In this document: piece by piece, positions 46,886-56,063 of the stretch
Position numbering within the stretch: position 1 is the stretch's first letter
How the letters are laid out: every line of letters begins with the position of its first letter
From: Candidatus Omnitrophota bacterium
Lineage (GTDB): Bacteria; Omnitrophota; Gorgyraeia; B26-G9
Reading direction: 5' to 3'
Assembly (NCBI GenBank): GCA_043814605.1
Contig: JBDRJV010000028.1
Coordinates: 92,350-156,349 of the forward strand
DNA: 64,000 bases
Notes under the pieces: model-generated
The model's database searches: none
The model's input: the letters and a program-made list of their open reading frames with translations, nothing else
What the model was told of the DNA's origin: nothing
Translations under genes and position numbers: made by a program

Positions 46886-48772
46886 ATGAAAAAAATATTT
46901 TTTATAATTTATGTTTTAATTTTTAGAATAGTTGCAAATAATAATTTGTATGCACAGGATTATGATTTAGGTCAGGTTATTGTATCCGCTACAAAAACCA
47001 AAACTTACCAAAGGCAAGTGGGTAGTTCCACAACAGTTGTTACACAAGAGCAGATTAAAAAAACAGGGAAAATTACAGTTTGTGATGTACTGCAGGATTT
47101 AGCCGGAGTTACCGTAACTGCTAACGGGCCTTTAGGCGGGGCAACATCTGTTGACTTAAGAGGTGCTAAAAGAGGCCAGACACTGATAATGATTGATGGC
47201 GTGGAAGTTTATGATCCGATGAGTGTAACCCGTGATTTTAATTTTGCGCATTTAACTGTAGATAATATCGAAAGCATTGAAATTGTACGCGGGCCGCAAA
47301 GCACGCTTTACGGCTCAGAAGCAATGGCCGGAGTCATTAATATTATTACTAAAAAAGGCAAAGATGTTACGCAGGGGTATGCTAGTGTTGAAGCCGGATC
47401 AAATTCCACATTTAAAGAATCAATGGGAATTAGCGGTACTGAGGGAAAATTAAATTTTTCCACAAATGCTTCCAGATTAGATTCTGAGGGCATTTCGCAT
47501 GCGCGTGACGGCGTGGAAGCAGACAGATATTCTAATACAACAATTTCCTCAAACATGAGCCTGGATGTATCGGATAACAGCAATGTTTTTATTTCCACGC
47601 ATTATTTAGATGCAAAATTTGATATTGATGACGGTGCATATCAGGATGACCCTAACCGGGAAAATGAAACTGAACAGTTTGCCGGAAAAATCGGCTGGCA
47701 ACAGGATATTACAGAAAATTGGGATCATGACTTAAGTTTTTCAGGCATAATGTCCGATCGTATTGATGCGGACCGGGCGGATACAGCCAGCTTAACAAAT
47801 ACAACAGAAAACGAATACTCCCGGTTTCGGGGTGATCGCAAGAAACTGGAATGGCAGCATAATATTTCTCTTTTTGATCTGGATACAAACACTTTAGGGT
47901 TTGAATATGAAAGAGAAAGCGGGGCTTCGTATTCCCGCGGTACGAATTGGTGGAGTAATACAGCTGCGGATAAAAGGACATTATTAACCCGATCTTATTA
48001 TGCCCAAACACAGCTTGAATTAAAGGATAACTGGTTTTCGACTCTAGGCCTGCGGATTGATGATCAGAGTATTTTTGGTACAGAGCCGACTTATAAAGCG
48101 GAAACTTCTTATTTAATCCCGGAAAATAATATGCGTTTACGGGCAAGTTTTGGCACTGCCTTTCGTGCGCCTAATGTTTATCAGCTTTATAACGCAGTTT
48201 ACGGCAACGCGCGTTTAGCTCCGGAAGAAAGCCGGGGTTTTGACTTAGGTATGGAAAAAAGTTATTTAGGAAATAAATGTAATTTAGCGCTTACATATTT
48301 TTATAATAAATATAAAAATTTAATTGATAGCCATCCCACAACCTGGCAGTATGTGAATATTAGTAAAGGAACATCGCAGGGGATTGAAATTGAATCTAAA
48401 TTAGAAGTTACGGATTCTCTGGGCATCGGAGCTAATGGAATGTATAATAAAAACCGCGACCCGGATACAGGAAAAGAATTCGGCCGCCGGCCCAGACGAC
48501 AGATGAGCACATTTATTGATTGGGATTATTGCGCACAAGGAAATATTTATTTATCCGCTCGCTATGTGGGCAGCCGCCGTAATGCGCCGCAATATACAGA
48601 TAATGTGAATGGAAGATATATTATTGTGGATATCAGCAGCAGGTATGAATTAAATGATAATCTAGAGCTTTTTGGAAGGGTGGATAATTTATTTGATGTT
48701 GATTATGAGCCGGTACGCGGTTATGCGGGTCAGGAAAGATTTACTTCTGTAGGAGTTAAAGGAGATTTTTGA
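46886..48772 (+). CDS. TonB-dependent outer-membrane receptor
   Basis: Signal peptide; TonB-box-like DLGQVIVSATK; plug domain; C-terminal ..VGVKGDF ending in Phe. Confidence 0.85.
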   Translation: MKKIFFIIYVLIFRIVANNNLYAQDYDLGQVIVSATKTKTYQRQVGSSTTVVTQEQIKKTGKITVCDVLQDLAGVTVTANGPLGGATSVDLRGAKRGQTLIMIDGVEVYDPMSVTRDFNFAHLTVDNIESIEIVRGPQSTLYGSEAMAGVINIITKKGKDVTQGYASVEAGSNSTFKESMGISGTEGKLNFSTNASRLDSEGISHARDGVEADRYSNTTISSNMSLDVSDNSNVFISTHYLDAKFDIDDGAYQDDPNRENETEQFAGKIGWQQDITENWDHDLSFSGIMSDRIDADRADTASLTNTTENEYSRFRGDRKKLEWQHNISLFDLDTNTLGFEYERESGASYSRGTNWWSNTAADKRTLLTRSYYAQTQLELKDNWFSTLGLRIDDQSIFGTEPTYKAETSYLIPENNMRLRASFGTAFRAPNVYQLYNAVYGNARLAPEESRGFDLGMEKSYLGNKCNLALTYFYNKYKNLIDSHPTTWQYVNISKGTSQGIEIESKLEVTDSLGIGANGMYNKNRDPDTGKEFGRRPRRQMSTFIDWDYCAQGNIYLSARYVGSRRNAPQYTDNVNGRYIIVDISSRYELNDNLELFGRVDNLFDVDYEPVRGYAGQERFTSVGVKGDF

Positions 48773-49428
48773 TGAATTTTATAAAAACTGGTATATGGGT
48801 AAAGGCATCCGATAAAAAAGTTCTTTTCTTTACGTTTACTATTTCGCTACTATTACACACAGTATTGTTATATGGGGTGGAAGTGTTTTTTGATCGTTCA
48901 CATTTACAGAATGAAAATATTGTAGAAACAAAAATCGTAGAATTAACACGAGAAGAAGTAAATAAAATTAAAGAGAGGCCTTCCCTGTTGCCGGAGATTA
49001 ATGTAATCGGAGAGGTTTCCCGTTTGACGCGGAATTACAAATCCCAAATTCCAAATGACAAATTATACTCTGAGAATGTGGAACAAGCGATAGCATTAGA
49101 GCATAAACAAAATATGGAGATAGATAAAGCAGCAGAAGAGGCGATGTTAAAGTATCAGGATATACTCAAGAAAAAAATAGAATCACAGCGCGTCTATCCT
49201 TTACGTGCCAGAGAAAAGGGGATTGAAGGAAACGTAGGAATTTGTTTTAATGTTTTACGCAGCGGACAAACTAACAACATCAGGATCAGTAATCATTCCG
49301 GCTCAGAATTACTGGATCAGGAGGCTTTAGATACAATAAAACGCGTCAATCAATTCCCGCCTCTACCGGATGAAATTAAAACTGATAATGTAAACATTCA
49401 AGTTGCCATAGTCTTTTCCCTAGATTAA
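48769..49428 (+). CDS. tonB: TonB (energy transducer, C-terminal domain protein)
   Basis: N-terminal TM anchor; C-terminal QRVYPLRAREKGIEGNVGICFNVLRSGQ..I TonB-C pattern. Confidence 0.75.
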   Translation: MMNFIKTGIWVKASDKKVLFFTFTISLLLHTVLLYGVEVFFDRSHLQNENIVETKIVELTREEVNKIKERPSLLPEINVIGEVSRLTRNYKSQIPNDKLYSENVEQAIALEHKQNMEIDKAAEEAMLKYQDILKKKIESQRVYPLRAREKGIEGNVGICFNVLRSGQTNNIRISNHSGSELLDQEALDTIKRVNQFPPLPDEIKTDNVNIQVAIVFSLD

Positions 49429-49502
49429 CCATCCATGCATCTACGAGGTGGAAATATGGTTGGATTTGACAAAAATTGACTAAAAAGAGTACAATGAATT
49501 TA

Positions 49503-49607
49503 TACATCCGCGGCCTAAAACCGCGCCCCTTTATGGCGCGGATAAAAGGATGCCGCTTGAGTATTCCACCCCAGGAACCACGGGCTTTAGCCCGTAGGGG
49601 TTCCATT
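49503..49607 (+). ncRNA. Structured RNA element C copy 2, 24 nt upstream of the DJ-1/PfpI gene
   Basis: See 46426-46530. Confidence 0.55.
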
Positions 49608-49630
49608 AATTTATAAAGAAACGGAAAAGA

Positions 49631-50185
49631 ATGCCTAAAAAAGTTTTAGTATTTTTAGCGGAAGGTTTTGAAGAAATGGAAGCAGTAATCAGTGTGGATT
49701 TACTGCGCCGGGCGGAATTAGATGTAGTTATCGCGTCTATTGAGGATAAACTTTTAGTTAAAGGGTCTCGCAATATTTATGTGCAAGCGGATATTTTGCT
49801 TGATGATTATAAAGAAATACCCGATTGCTTGGTTTTGCCCGGCGGCGGGTTTGGTGCTAAGAATTTAGCAATCAGCGATAAAGTAAACGCTTTAATTAAA
49901 AAGTGTTACAAACATGGTAAATTAATTGCGGCAATTTGTGCTTCTCCCGCTGTAGTTTTAGCTAAAACCGGGATTTTAGAAGGTAAAACAATAACGTGCT
50001 ATCCAGGATGCGAAACTATTGTAAAAGGAAACATCAGGATAATTGAAGATAGTGTGGTTATCGAGGATAATATTATTACCAGCCGCGGTCCGGGAACTGC
50101 ATTTGATTTTACTTTAGCGATTATTAAAAAACTTTGCGGCAATAATGTTGCAGAGAATGTTAAAGAAAAAGCATTAATCATATAA
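49631..50185 (+). CDS. DJ-1/PfpI (ThiJ) family protein
   Basis: AICASPAVVLAKTGILEGK nucleophile-elbow Cys motif. Confidence 0.8.
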   Translation: MPKKVLVFLAEGFEEMEAVISVDLLRRAELDVVIASIEDKLLVKGSRNIYVQADILLDDYKEIPDCLVLPGGGFGAKNLAISDKVNALIKKCYKHGKLIAAICASPAVVLAKTGILEGKTITCYPGCETIVKGNIRIIEDSVVIEDNIITSRGPGTAFDFTLAIIKKLCGNNVAENVKEKALII

Positions 50186-50208
50186 TTTAATAGGAATAGG
50201 GAAAATTT

Positions 50209-50601
50209 ATGGAACAAAAAAGAGTATATCGTAGGATTGAAGGTTTTGTGAAAGTTGAATGTATTTCTCATGCTTGCGGGGTTACAACCGTGATGACAAC
50301 TCAAACCCGGGATATTGGTGCCGGAGGAGTTAAGGTTTACTTAAATTATAGTTTTAAGCCAAAAAATAAAATACAGTTAAAAATTACTTTACCCGTTGAA
50401 TATAACCAGCCGGTTATTAATACTGAAAGCGAGGTAATCACATCCAATTTAATTGGGGTGATTGGAGATACAGGGGAAGAAAAGCTTTATGAAACACGGT
50501 TTAAATTTACGAAAATTGATTTAAATGCAAAACAGGCAATAACACACTATGTTTATGATTGGCGCAAGAAAAAGCGTAAAGCTAAATTTGACTTAGCCTA
50601 A
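50209..50601 (+). CDS. PilZ-domain c-di-GMP receptor
   Basis: RRIEG (RxxxR-like) and DIGAGGV (DxSxGG) motifs; 130 aa. Confidence 0.6.
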   Translation: MEQKRVYRRIEGFVKVECISHACGVTTVMTTQTRDIGAGGVKVYLNYSFKPKNKIQLKITLPVEYNQPVINTESEVITSNLIGVIGDTGEEKLYETRFKFTKIDLNAKQAITHYVYDWRKKKRKAKFDLA

Positions 50602-50632
50602 CTATTAAAACACAAAGAGGTAAAGGTAAAAA

Positions 50633-51019
50633 ATGAGCGTATTAAATGCAAAACTAAACTTTTCTTTCCTTTGCGACCATGCTTCTGTTAGCCGTGAAGG
50701 AAAACTAAGCATGAATGGAATTTTTGAAAACATTAATGTGCGTGAATTTCCTACACATCACCCCCTAATGTTTGTTATTGCTAATATTTCCGGGCTTAAT
50801 AATAAAGACCGATTTACTTGTGAATTAGTTTTTGATGACGAACAAAAAAAAACAATTGCAAGCATATCACAGGAAGTTAAAATTGACCCAAAAAGAAATT
50901 TTGGTTTTATCGGGCAATTTATTAACGTGCGCTATGAAAAATCAGGTAATTATTTGATCCGGTTTTTTGTGGATAATAAGGAAGTTGGTGCGCATTCTTT
51001 TCTCGTCCGCCAAACATAA
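50633..51019 (+). CDS. Hypothetical protein (128 aa), 31 nt downstream of PilZ gene
   Basis: No motif recognised. Confidence 0.4.
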   Translation: MSVLNAKLNFSFLCDHASVSREGKLSMNGIFENINVREFPTHHPLMFVIANISGLNNKDRFTCELVFDDEQKKTIASISQEVKIDPKRNFGFIGQFINVRYEKSGNYLIRFFVDNKEVGAHSFLVRQT

Positions 51020-51031
51020 TTCAAAAGGGAG

Positions 51032-51091
51032 CAGGGTAAGGGGGAAGGTTGAAGATCAAACCTTTCTCCCTAAACCCCTTACCCTGTTTTT
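51032..51091. terminator. Bidirectional intrinsic terminator between convergent genes
   Basis: cagggtaaggggg-N30-ccccttaccctg with ttttt on + and a T-run on the minus side; the minus-strand gene's stop codon lies inside the 3' arm. Confidence 0.7.
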
Positions 51092-52941
51092 AAAACAACT
51101 TCCACCATTCCGCGTACAGAATTAGTACAATAAATATTATCGGCATTTTTTAAGTCATTAAGATTTAATATTTTTTCTTTTACTTTTTTAGGGTGTTTTT
51201 TTATGAAATATTTACGGTAGACACCAGGCAAAAGCCCGCAAGAAACCGGCGGGGTATAATATAAATTATTTTTTTTAACAAAAATATTAGAAATAGCGCC
51301 TTCGGTGATTTCGTTCTTATTGTTTAAGAAAATTACATCAAAAACTCCCAATTGAGAATATTTTTTAAATTCTTTATCGTAAATTTTCCGTTTGGTTGTT
51401 TTATGGTAAAGGAATGGATTGTTTGGATTTATCCTGATTTTTGAAATAATAATTTTTTGTCTTTCTTTTAAGTTTGATGAAGTTATTGGGGTTGTTTGAA
51501 TTTTAAAATCACCGTTTACATCTAAGAGCATACGAATTTTACAGGCAGAATTTTTATTAAGAGCAGCTAATGGTTGAGTTAAGCCGTTTACAATTTTAGT
51601 TTTTATAAAAGGTATCCCAAAGAATTTTGCAGAAAGCCGCATTCGTTTCAGGTGCTCATTTAAAAATGAAATATTTGTTTTTTTGTCTAAAAGCATAGTT
51701 TCAATAAGTTGAAAGTGTTTAGGCTTAAGAAATTCAGCTTTTAAAAGGCATTCTTGAAATTCAAGATTACTTTTTGAATTGTAAGTAATCCCGCTGCCAA
51801 TACCCATTTCGCCTTTATTTTTTTCTAAAATAATTGTCCGGATAGCAATATTAAAAACCCCTTTCTTTTTCGGGCTAAAAAATCCAATAGAACCTGTGTA
51901 AATTTTTCGGTCCTCTGGTTCAAGCACTTTAATAATTTCCATCGTGTGTATTTTGGGGGCTCCGGTTACTGATCCGGAAGGGAAGAGGCTGGAAAACAAT
52001 GCAAACAGGGAAAGGTTGTTTTTTATTTTGCTTTTTATGGTGGAGGTCATTTGAAAAAGCGTGGTATATTTTTCTACACGAAAAAGGTCAGTTACTTTTA
52101 CCGAACCGGTTTTTGAAATTTTTCCCAGGTCATTACGCAAAAGATCAACAATCATAATGTTTTCTGCGCGGTTTTTAAGATCCATCCCCAGGTTAATTTT
52201 GTACTGCCGGTCTAATTCCGGGTTGAGTCCGCGCGGAGCTGTTCCTTTCATTGGTTTTACATGGATATTTTCTCCTTTTAATTTAAAAAAAAGTTCCGGA
52301 GAAAAAGAAAGCACAGTAAATTCCGGAGAATTGATAAAAGCCGAATAGTTTACCGGTTGTTTTTTGCGCAGATCTTGATATAGAGCAAAGGGGTTGCCGT
52401 GAAAATCAAATTTATATTTTAATGTATGGTTGACTTGATAGGTATCGCCGGATTCAATGCATTTTTTTATGGATTTAATATCTTTAAAATATTGGTTACG
52501 AGTAATATTTAAATGTTTATTTTTTATGATGTATTTATTGCCAAATTTGCCGGAAAGATGATTTGATTGCAACGTGTTTATTTTAGGTAAAAATTTGTTT
52601 GTATAATGATTGAACGTGATCGGTGCATCAAAAACCCCCATCCAAATTAAAGGAAAATCATAATTATTTTTTTGATATTTTTCAAGCTTATCAATTAAAG
52701 CAAATCCGGCTTCATAGGAAACAAAGCCGGCCACATAATACCCCTGATGAACAGCTTTTTGTATTTTATTAAAACAATCTTTAATTTGTCCGGGTGTATG
52801 GCAGGTAATAATTTGCTGGGGGCAGCGGAAAATATAAGAGAAAAAATTCTCCTTATCCTGCAGAGAACTTTCCAGCAAAACATAATTTTTTTGCGTTGTA
52901 AGATAATTAAAAACTGTGTTTAATGGTAAATTGTAGCTCAT
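51079..52941 (-). CDS. pabBC: Aminodeoxychorismate synthase component I fused to aminodeoxychorismate lyase (PabB-PabC; class IV aminotransferase domain)
   Basis: Chorismate-binding signature TGSIGFFSPKKKGVFNIAIRTI; C-terminal class-IV aminotransferase fold (GVFDVIFLNN..EITEGAISNIF). Start set at the internal Met (MSYNLPL), because a terminator hairpin occupies the upstream part of the track ORF. Confidence 0.75.
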   Translation of the reverse strand: MSYNLPLNTVFNYLTTQKNYVLLESSLQDKENFFSYIFRCPQQIITCHTPGQIKDCFNKIQKAVHQGYYVAGFVSYEAGFALIDKLEKYQKNNYDFPLIWMGVFDAPITFNHYTNKFLPKINTLQSNHLSGKFGNKYIIKNKHLNITRNQYFKDIKSIKKCIESGDTYQVNHTLKYKFDFHGNPFALYQDLRKKQPVNYSAFINSPEFTVLSFSPELFFKLKGENIHVKPMKGTAPRGLNPELDRQYKINLGMDLKNRAENIMIVDLLRNDLGKISKTGSVKVTDLFRVEKYTTLFQMTSTIKSKIKNNLSLFALFSSLFPSGSVTGAPKIHTMEIIKVLEPEDRKIYTGSIGFFSPKKKGVFNIAIRTIILEKNKGEMGIGSGITYNSKSNLEFQECLLKAEFLKPKHFQLIETMLLDKKTNISFLNEHLKRMRLSAKFFGIPFIKTKIVNGLTQPLAALNKNSACKIRMLLDVNGDFKIQTTPITSSNLKERQKIIISKIRINPNNPFLYHKTTKRKIYDKEFKKYSQLGVFDVIFLNNKNEITEGAISNIFVKKNNLYYTPPVSCGLLPGVYRKYFIKKHPKKVKEKILNLNDLKNADNIYCTNSVRGMVEVVLKTG

Positions 52942-52963
52942 TTTAAATAAATTAGTTAAGTTA

Positions 52964-53003
52964 AAAAAATAAAACCACCCCTTAACGAACCTGGGTGGTT
53001 TTA
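52964..53003 (-). terminator. Intrinsic terminator-like hairpin + U7 in the 5' leader of pabBC (minus strand), ~25 nt before the start codon
   Basis: Minus-strand read: aaaaccaccc-aggttcgttaa-ggggtggtttt-attttttt. A good minus-strand promoter (TTGACT-N16-TATAAT, + coords 53032-53060) lies ~60 nt upstream. Confidence 0.5.
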
Positions 53004-53375
53004 TAAACCTAGGCATAATCCGTTTAAAAATATTATATGAAATTATTTAGCTAAGTCAAGTTAACAAGGCTGTTATGCAGAATTTTGTGTTTTTTCTAAA
53101 CCTGGCTAAAATTATTTTAAACAGTTAATTCTTATTTTTGATTTTACTTCAAAAATCCCTAGATAAAATTTAAAAATATCATTGTTTTAGCTTCCAGACA
53201 AAATATTATGCTTTATTTAAATGCTGGTATATAATAAATTAAAGATGATTTTAGATATAGTAAAAAAAATGTATAATGCATAAAGTTTTGATACTCTGCC
53301 TCATCATTTAGCAGAGAGCATGTGCCGGCAATCTGTAACTTGAAACTTGTAGCTTAAATTGAAAGGAGTTGTTTT

Positions 53376-54113
53376 ATGAACATGTTATTGTTTTTTATTG
53401 CCTTGATTGTTTCTTTTATTATTGTGAGAATTGGGGCAATTGCTTTTGAATTAACCGGGCTGGATTGGTCCATGGCCACATTTCAGTCGCTTTCTTGTTT
53501 TACCGGTACGGGATTTACCACCAAAGAATCGGAATTAGTAACAAATAATCCCAGCCGCAGGCGAATCGCATCAGTTTTAATAGTTTTAGGACATGCCGGG
53601 TTTGTTACTCTAATTGCTACTTTTGCAAATTCATTAAGGTCTTTCGGGCTTAATCAAAAGCTAAAGACTTTATGGCTGCCGATACATGTGCCGGAGATAA
53701 TAATCCCTTGGATAAATATAACAATTATTTTTATCGCTATTTTTGCGAGTTACCGTATTGGTGTATATACAAAATTTGACCGTAAGTTAACGAGTCTTTT
53801 GCGTTCACGTATTGTAAAAAACGAAATAATTAAAAGGGTTTCTTTCGAAGAACTCGTTGTCGCAACTGGCGGTTATGGGATTTCTCAGATTGAAATAGGC
53901 CCAGAGTGTTCAATAATTGATAAGACATTAATGAATTCAGAATTAAGGAGTGCGGATATCACAGTTTTGGCAATTCAAAGAGAAGGAACAATTATTCCGA
54001 ATCCTTCCGCACATACCCGGATTAGCTTGGAAGATAAGTTAATTTGTTTTGGCAAATTAGAGAATATTCGTAATAAAATATGTGTTATCCCTAAGGAAAA
54101 AAATAAAACATAA
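53376..54113 (+). CDS. Small membrane protein with C-terminal TrkA-C (RCK_C) domain
   Basis: Hydrophobic N-half with FTGTGFTT segment; C-terminal RCK_C-like GPECSIIDKTLMNSELRSADITVLAIQREG. Confidence 0.5.
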   Translation: MNMLLFFIALIVSFIIVRIGAIAFELTGLDWSMATFQSLSCFTGTGFTTKESELVTNNPSRRRIASVLIVLGHAGFVTLIATFANSLRSFGLNQKLKTLWLPIHVPEIIIPWINITIIFIAIFASYRIGVYTKFDRKLTSLLRSRIVKNEIIKRVSFEELVVATGGYGISQIEIGPECSIIDKTLMNSELRSADITVLAIQREGTIIPNPSAHTRISLEDKLICFGKLENIRNKICVIPKEKNKT

Positions 54114-54115
54114 AA

Positions 54116-55384
54116 ATGCAGAATAAAATTAAAATAAAAATAAAAAAACCAGAATTGACTGCTCCGGCAGGGGATTGGCCGGGATTAGTTACGGCAGTAG
54201 CTAGTGGAGCGGATAGTGTGTATTTTGGGGTCAAAGGTTTTTCGATGCGTAATCTATCCGGTAATTTTAATATTTCAGAATTAAAAAAAGTTATGGATTA
54301 TCTGCATGCTCATAATAAAAAAGGATACTTGGCGCTAAATGTTTTTATCAGAAACGAGGAATTAAAAAAAATCAAAACTATCTTAACCCAGGCGAAAATT
54401 TCTAAAGTTGATGCAATTATTCTCTGGGATATGGCGGTTTTAGAACTAGCAAAAAAAATAAAACTAAACATCCATATTTCCACACAGGCAAGCGTAGCTA
54501 ATTTTCAAGCTTTTAAATTCTATAGCAAACTTGGGGCAAAAAGGATTATTTTAGCCCGTGAGTGCACGCTTGCGGACATAAGAAAAATTATTCAAGAGAA
54601 GAAAATACAAAAAATTAAAACCCAAATTGAATGCTTTGTGCACGGAGCGATGTGCATAAGTGTATCCGGCAGATGTTTTCTTTCCAGCTATACGTCCGGC
54701 AAATCCGCAAATCGGGGTGAATGTTTACAGTATTGCCGCCGGGAATTTTTTATTAATGACCTAGATAATCAAGGACAATATTTAATTGGAGAAAACTATG
54801 TTTTAAGCGCTAAGGATCTTTGTACGCTTGAGTTTGTTGATCAGTTAATTGAATCAGGGATTGAGTCTTTTAAGATTGAAGGCAGAAGGCGTGCCCCGGA
54901 ATATTTAAAAGTAGTTACGCAAGCATACCGGAAAGCAATAGATGCTTATTCTAAAGGTGAGTTGGATAAAAAATTAAAGCAAGAATTAAAAAGCCAAACG
55001 CAAGCTGTTTTTAACCGGGGATTTTCCGAGGGATTTTATTTTGGAGCCCCGGAAAATGACCGGAGCCGTGGGCTTGAAAATAAATACGAAAAAATTTATT
55101 TAGGACAGGTGAGAAAATTCTTTAAAAAAATTAGTGTTGCTGAAATCCATTTGCAAAATGAAGCTTTAAAAAAAGGGGATGAACTTTTAATTACCGGGAA
55201 AACAACACAGGCTTCGTTTGTCCAGGCTTGCGAAATACAACAAAAGCATACATTTGTCGATTCTGCAGCAAAGGGAGAGTTTGTAGGAGTTAAAGTCCCG
55301 ATGGCCGTAAAGCCGCAGGATAAAGTTTTTTTATGGTTAAAAAAAACAAAACAGAGAGAAGAGGTAAATAAAGATGAAAATTAG
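54116..55384 (+). CDS. Peptidase U32 family protein
   Basis: ELTAPAGDWPGLVTAVASGADSVYFG and E..CFVHGAMCISVSGRCFLSSY U32 signatures. Confidence 0.85.
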   Translation: MQNKIKIKIKKPELTAPAGDWPGLVTAVASGADSVYFGVKGFSMRNLSGNFNISELKKVMDYLHAHNKKGYLALNVFIRNEELKKIKTILTQAKISKVDAIILWDMAVLELAKKIKLNIHISTQASVANFQAFKFYSKLGAKRIILARECTLADIRKIIQEKKIQKIKTQIECFVHGAMCISVSGRCFLSSYTSGKSANRGECLQYCRREFFINDLDNQGQYLIGENYVLSAKDLCTLEFVDQLIESGIESFKIEGRRRAPEYLKVVTQAYRKAIDAYSKGELDKKLKQELKSQTQAVFNRGFSEGFYFGAPENDRSRGLENKYEKIYLGQVRKFFKKISVAEIHLQNEALKKGDELLITGKTTQASFVQACEIQQKHTFVDSAAKGEFVGVKVPMAVKPQDKVFLWLKKTKQREEVNKDEN

Positions 55385-56063
55385 CTGTTTGGGAGTAGAT
55401 ATTGAAAATGGGAAGATTAAATATCAGGATGAAAGATTGGTAAAACTTACGGAAAAGTTTGACCCTAAAAAAATTTCACCGTTTTTCGCGGAGTTTGTGG
55501 GAGAGAATTTTAGCGGCAGTGATTGTATAATTGTCGCTCGCGATAAAATTTTAGATTTTTTAATTATGGATATGGAAAAAGTAGATACGCGCATGAATAA
55601 TACAAAAGACGAAGCGGAAAAGAAAATATGGCAAAAACTTCAGCAATACTTAGAGAAAGAAGTACCGGTTTGTGATATTGAATTTAACGCGGAGGAATTT
55701 TCTAAAGTCAAAGAACTTGCACCGTTAAGCTTAAAACCAACACTTGTAGTAGAAGGCGAGATAGAAATCAATGATTTAATTATTCAGGCCTTTTCTAAAT
55801 CCGGCATGATGTTTTTTTATACTGCTGGTAAAAAAGAAGTAAGGTCTTGGCCGGTTAAAAAAAATTCAGATATAATTACTTGTGCAGGGAAAATTCATTC
55901 TGATCTTGCCCGGGGGTTTATTAAGGCGGAAATTATAAACTTTAAAGATTTTATCAATTTTCATAATATGCAGGAAGCTAAGGCTAACGGATTGGTAAAA
56001 CTGGTTGACCGTGATTATATTGTCCAGGAAGGAGATATCATCGATATCCGGTTTAATGTTTAA
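55374..56063 (+). CDS. YchF C-terminal-half homolog (TGS/DUF933 region) lacking the N-terminal GTPase P-loop
   Basis: FFYTAGKKEVRSWPVKKNSDIITCAGKIHSDLARGFIKAEII...VQEGDIIDIRFNV parallels YchF-C. Middle LSLKPTLVV resembles the YchF helical-domain motif; no GxxxxGKS/T at the N-terminus. Confidence 0.55.
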   Translation: MKISCLGVDIENGKIKYQDERLVKLTEKFDPKKISPFFAEFVGENFSGSDCIIVARDKILDFLIMDMEKVDTRMNNTKDEAEKKIWQKLQQYLEKEVPVCDIEFNAEEFSKVKELAPLSLKPTLVVEGEIEINDLIIQAFSKSGMMFFYTAGKKEVRSWPVKKNSDIITCAGKIHSDLARGFIKAEIINFKDFINFHNMQEAKANGLVKLVDRDYIVQEGDIIDIRFNV

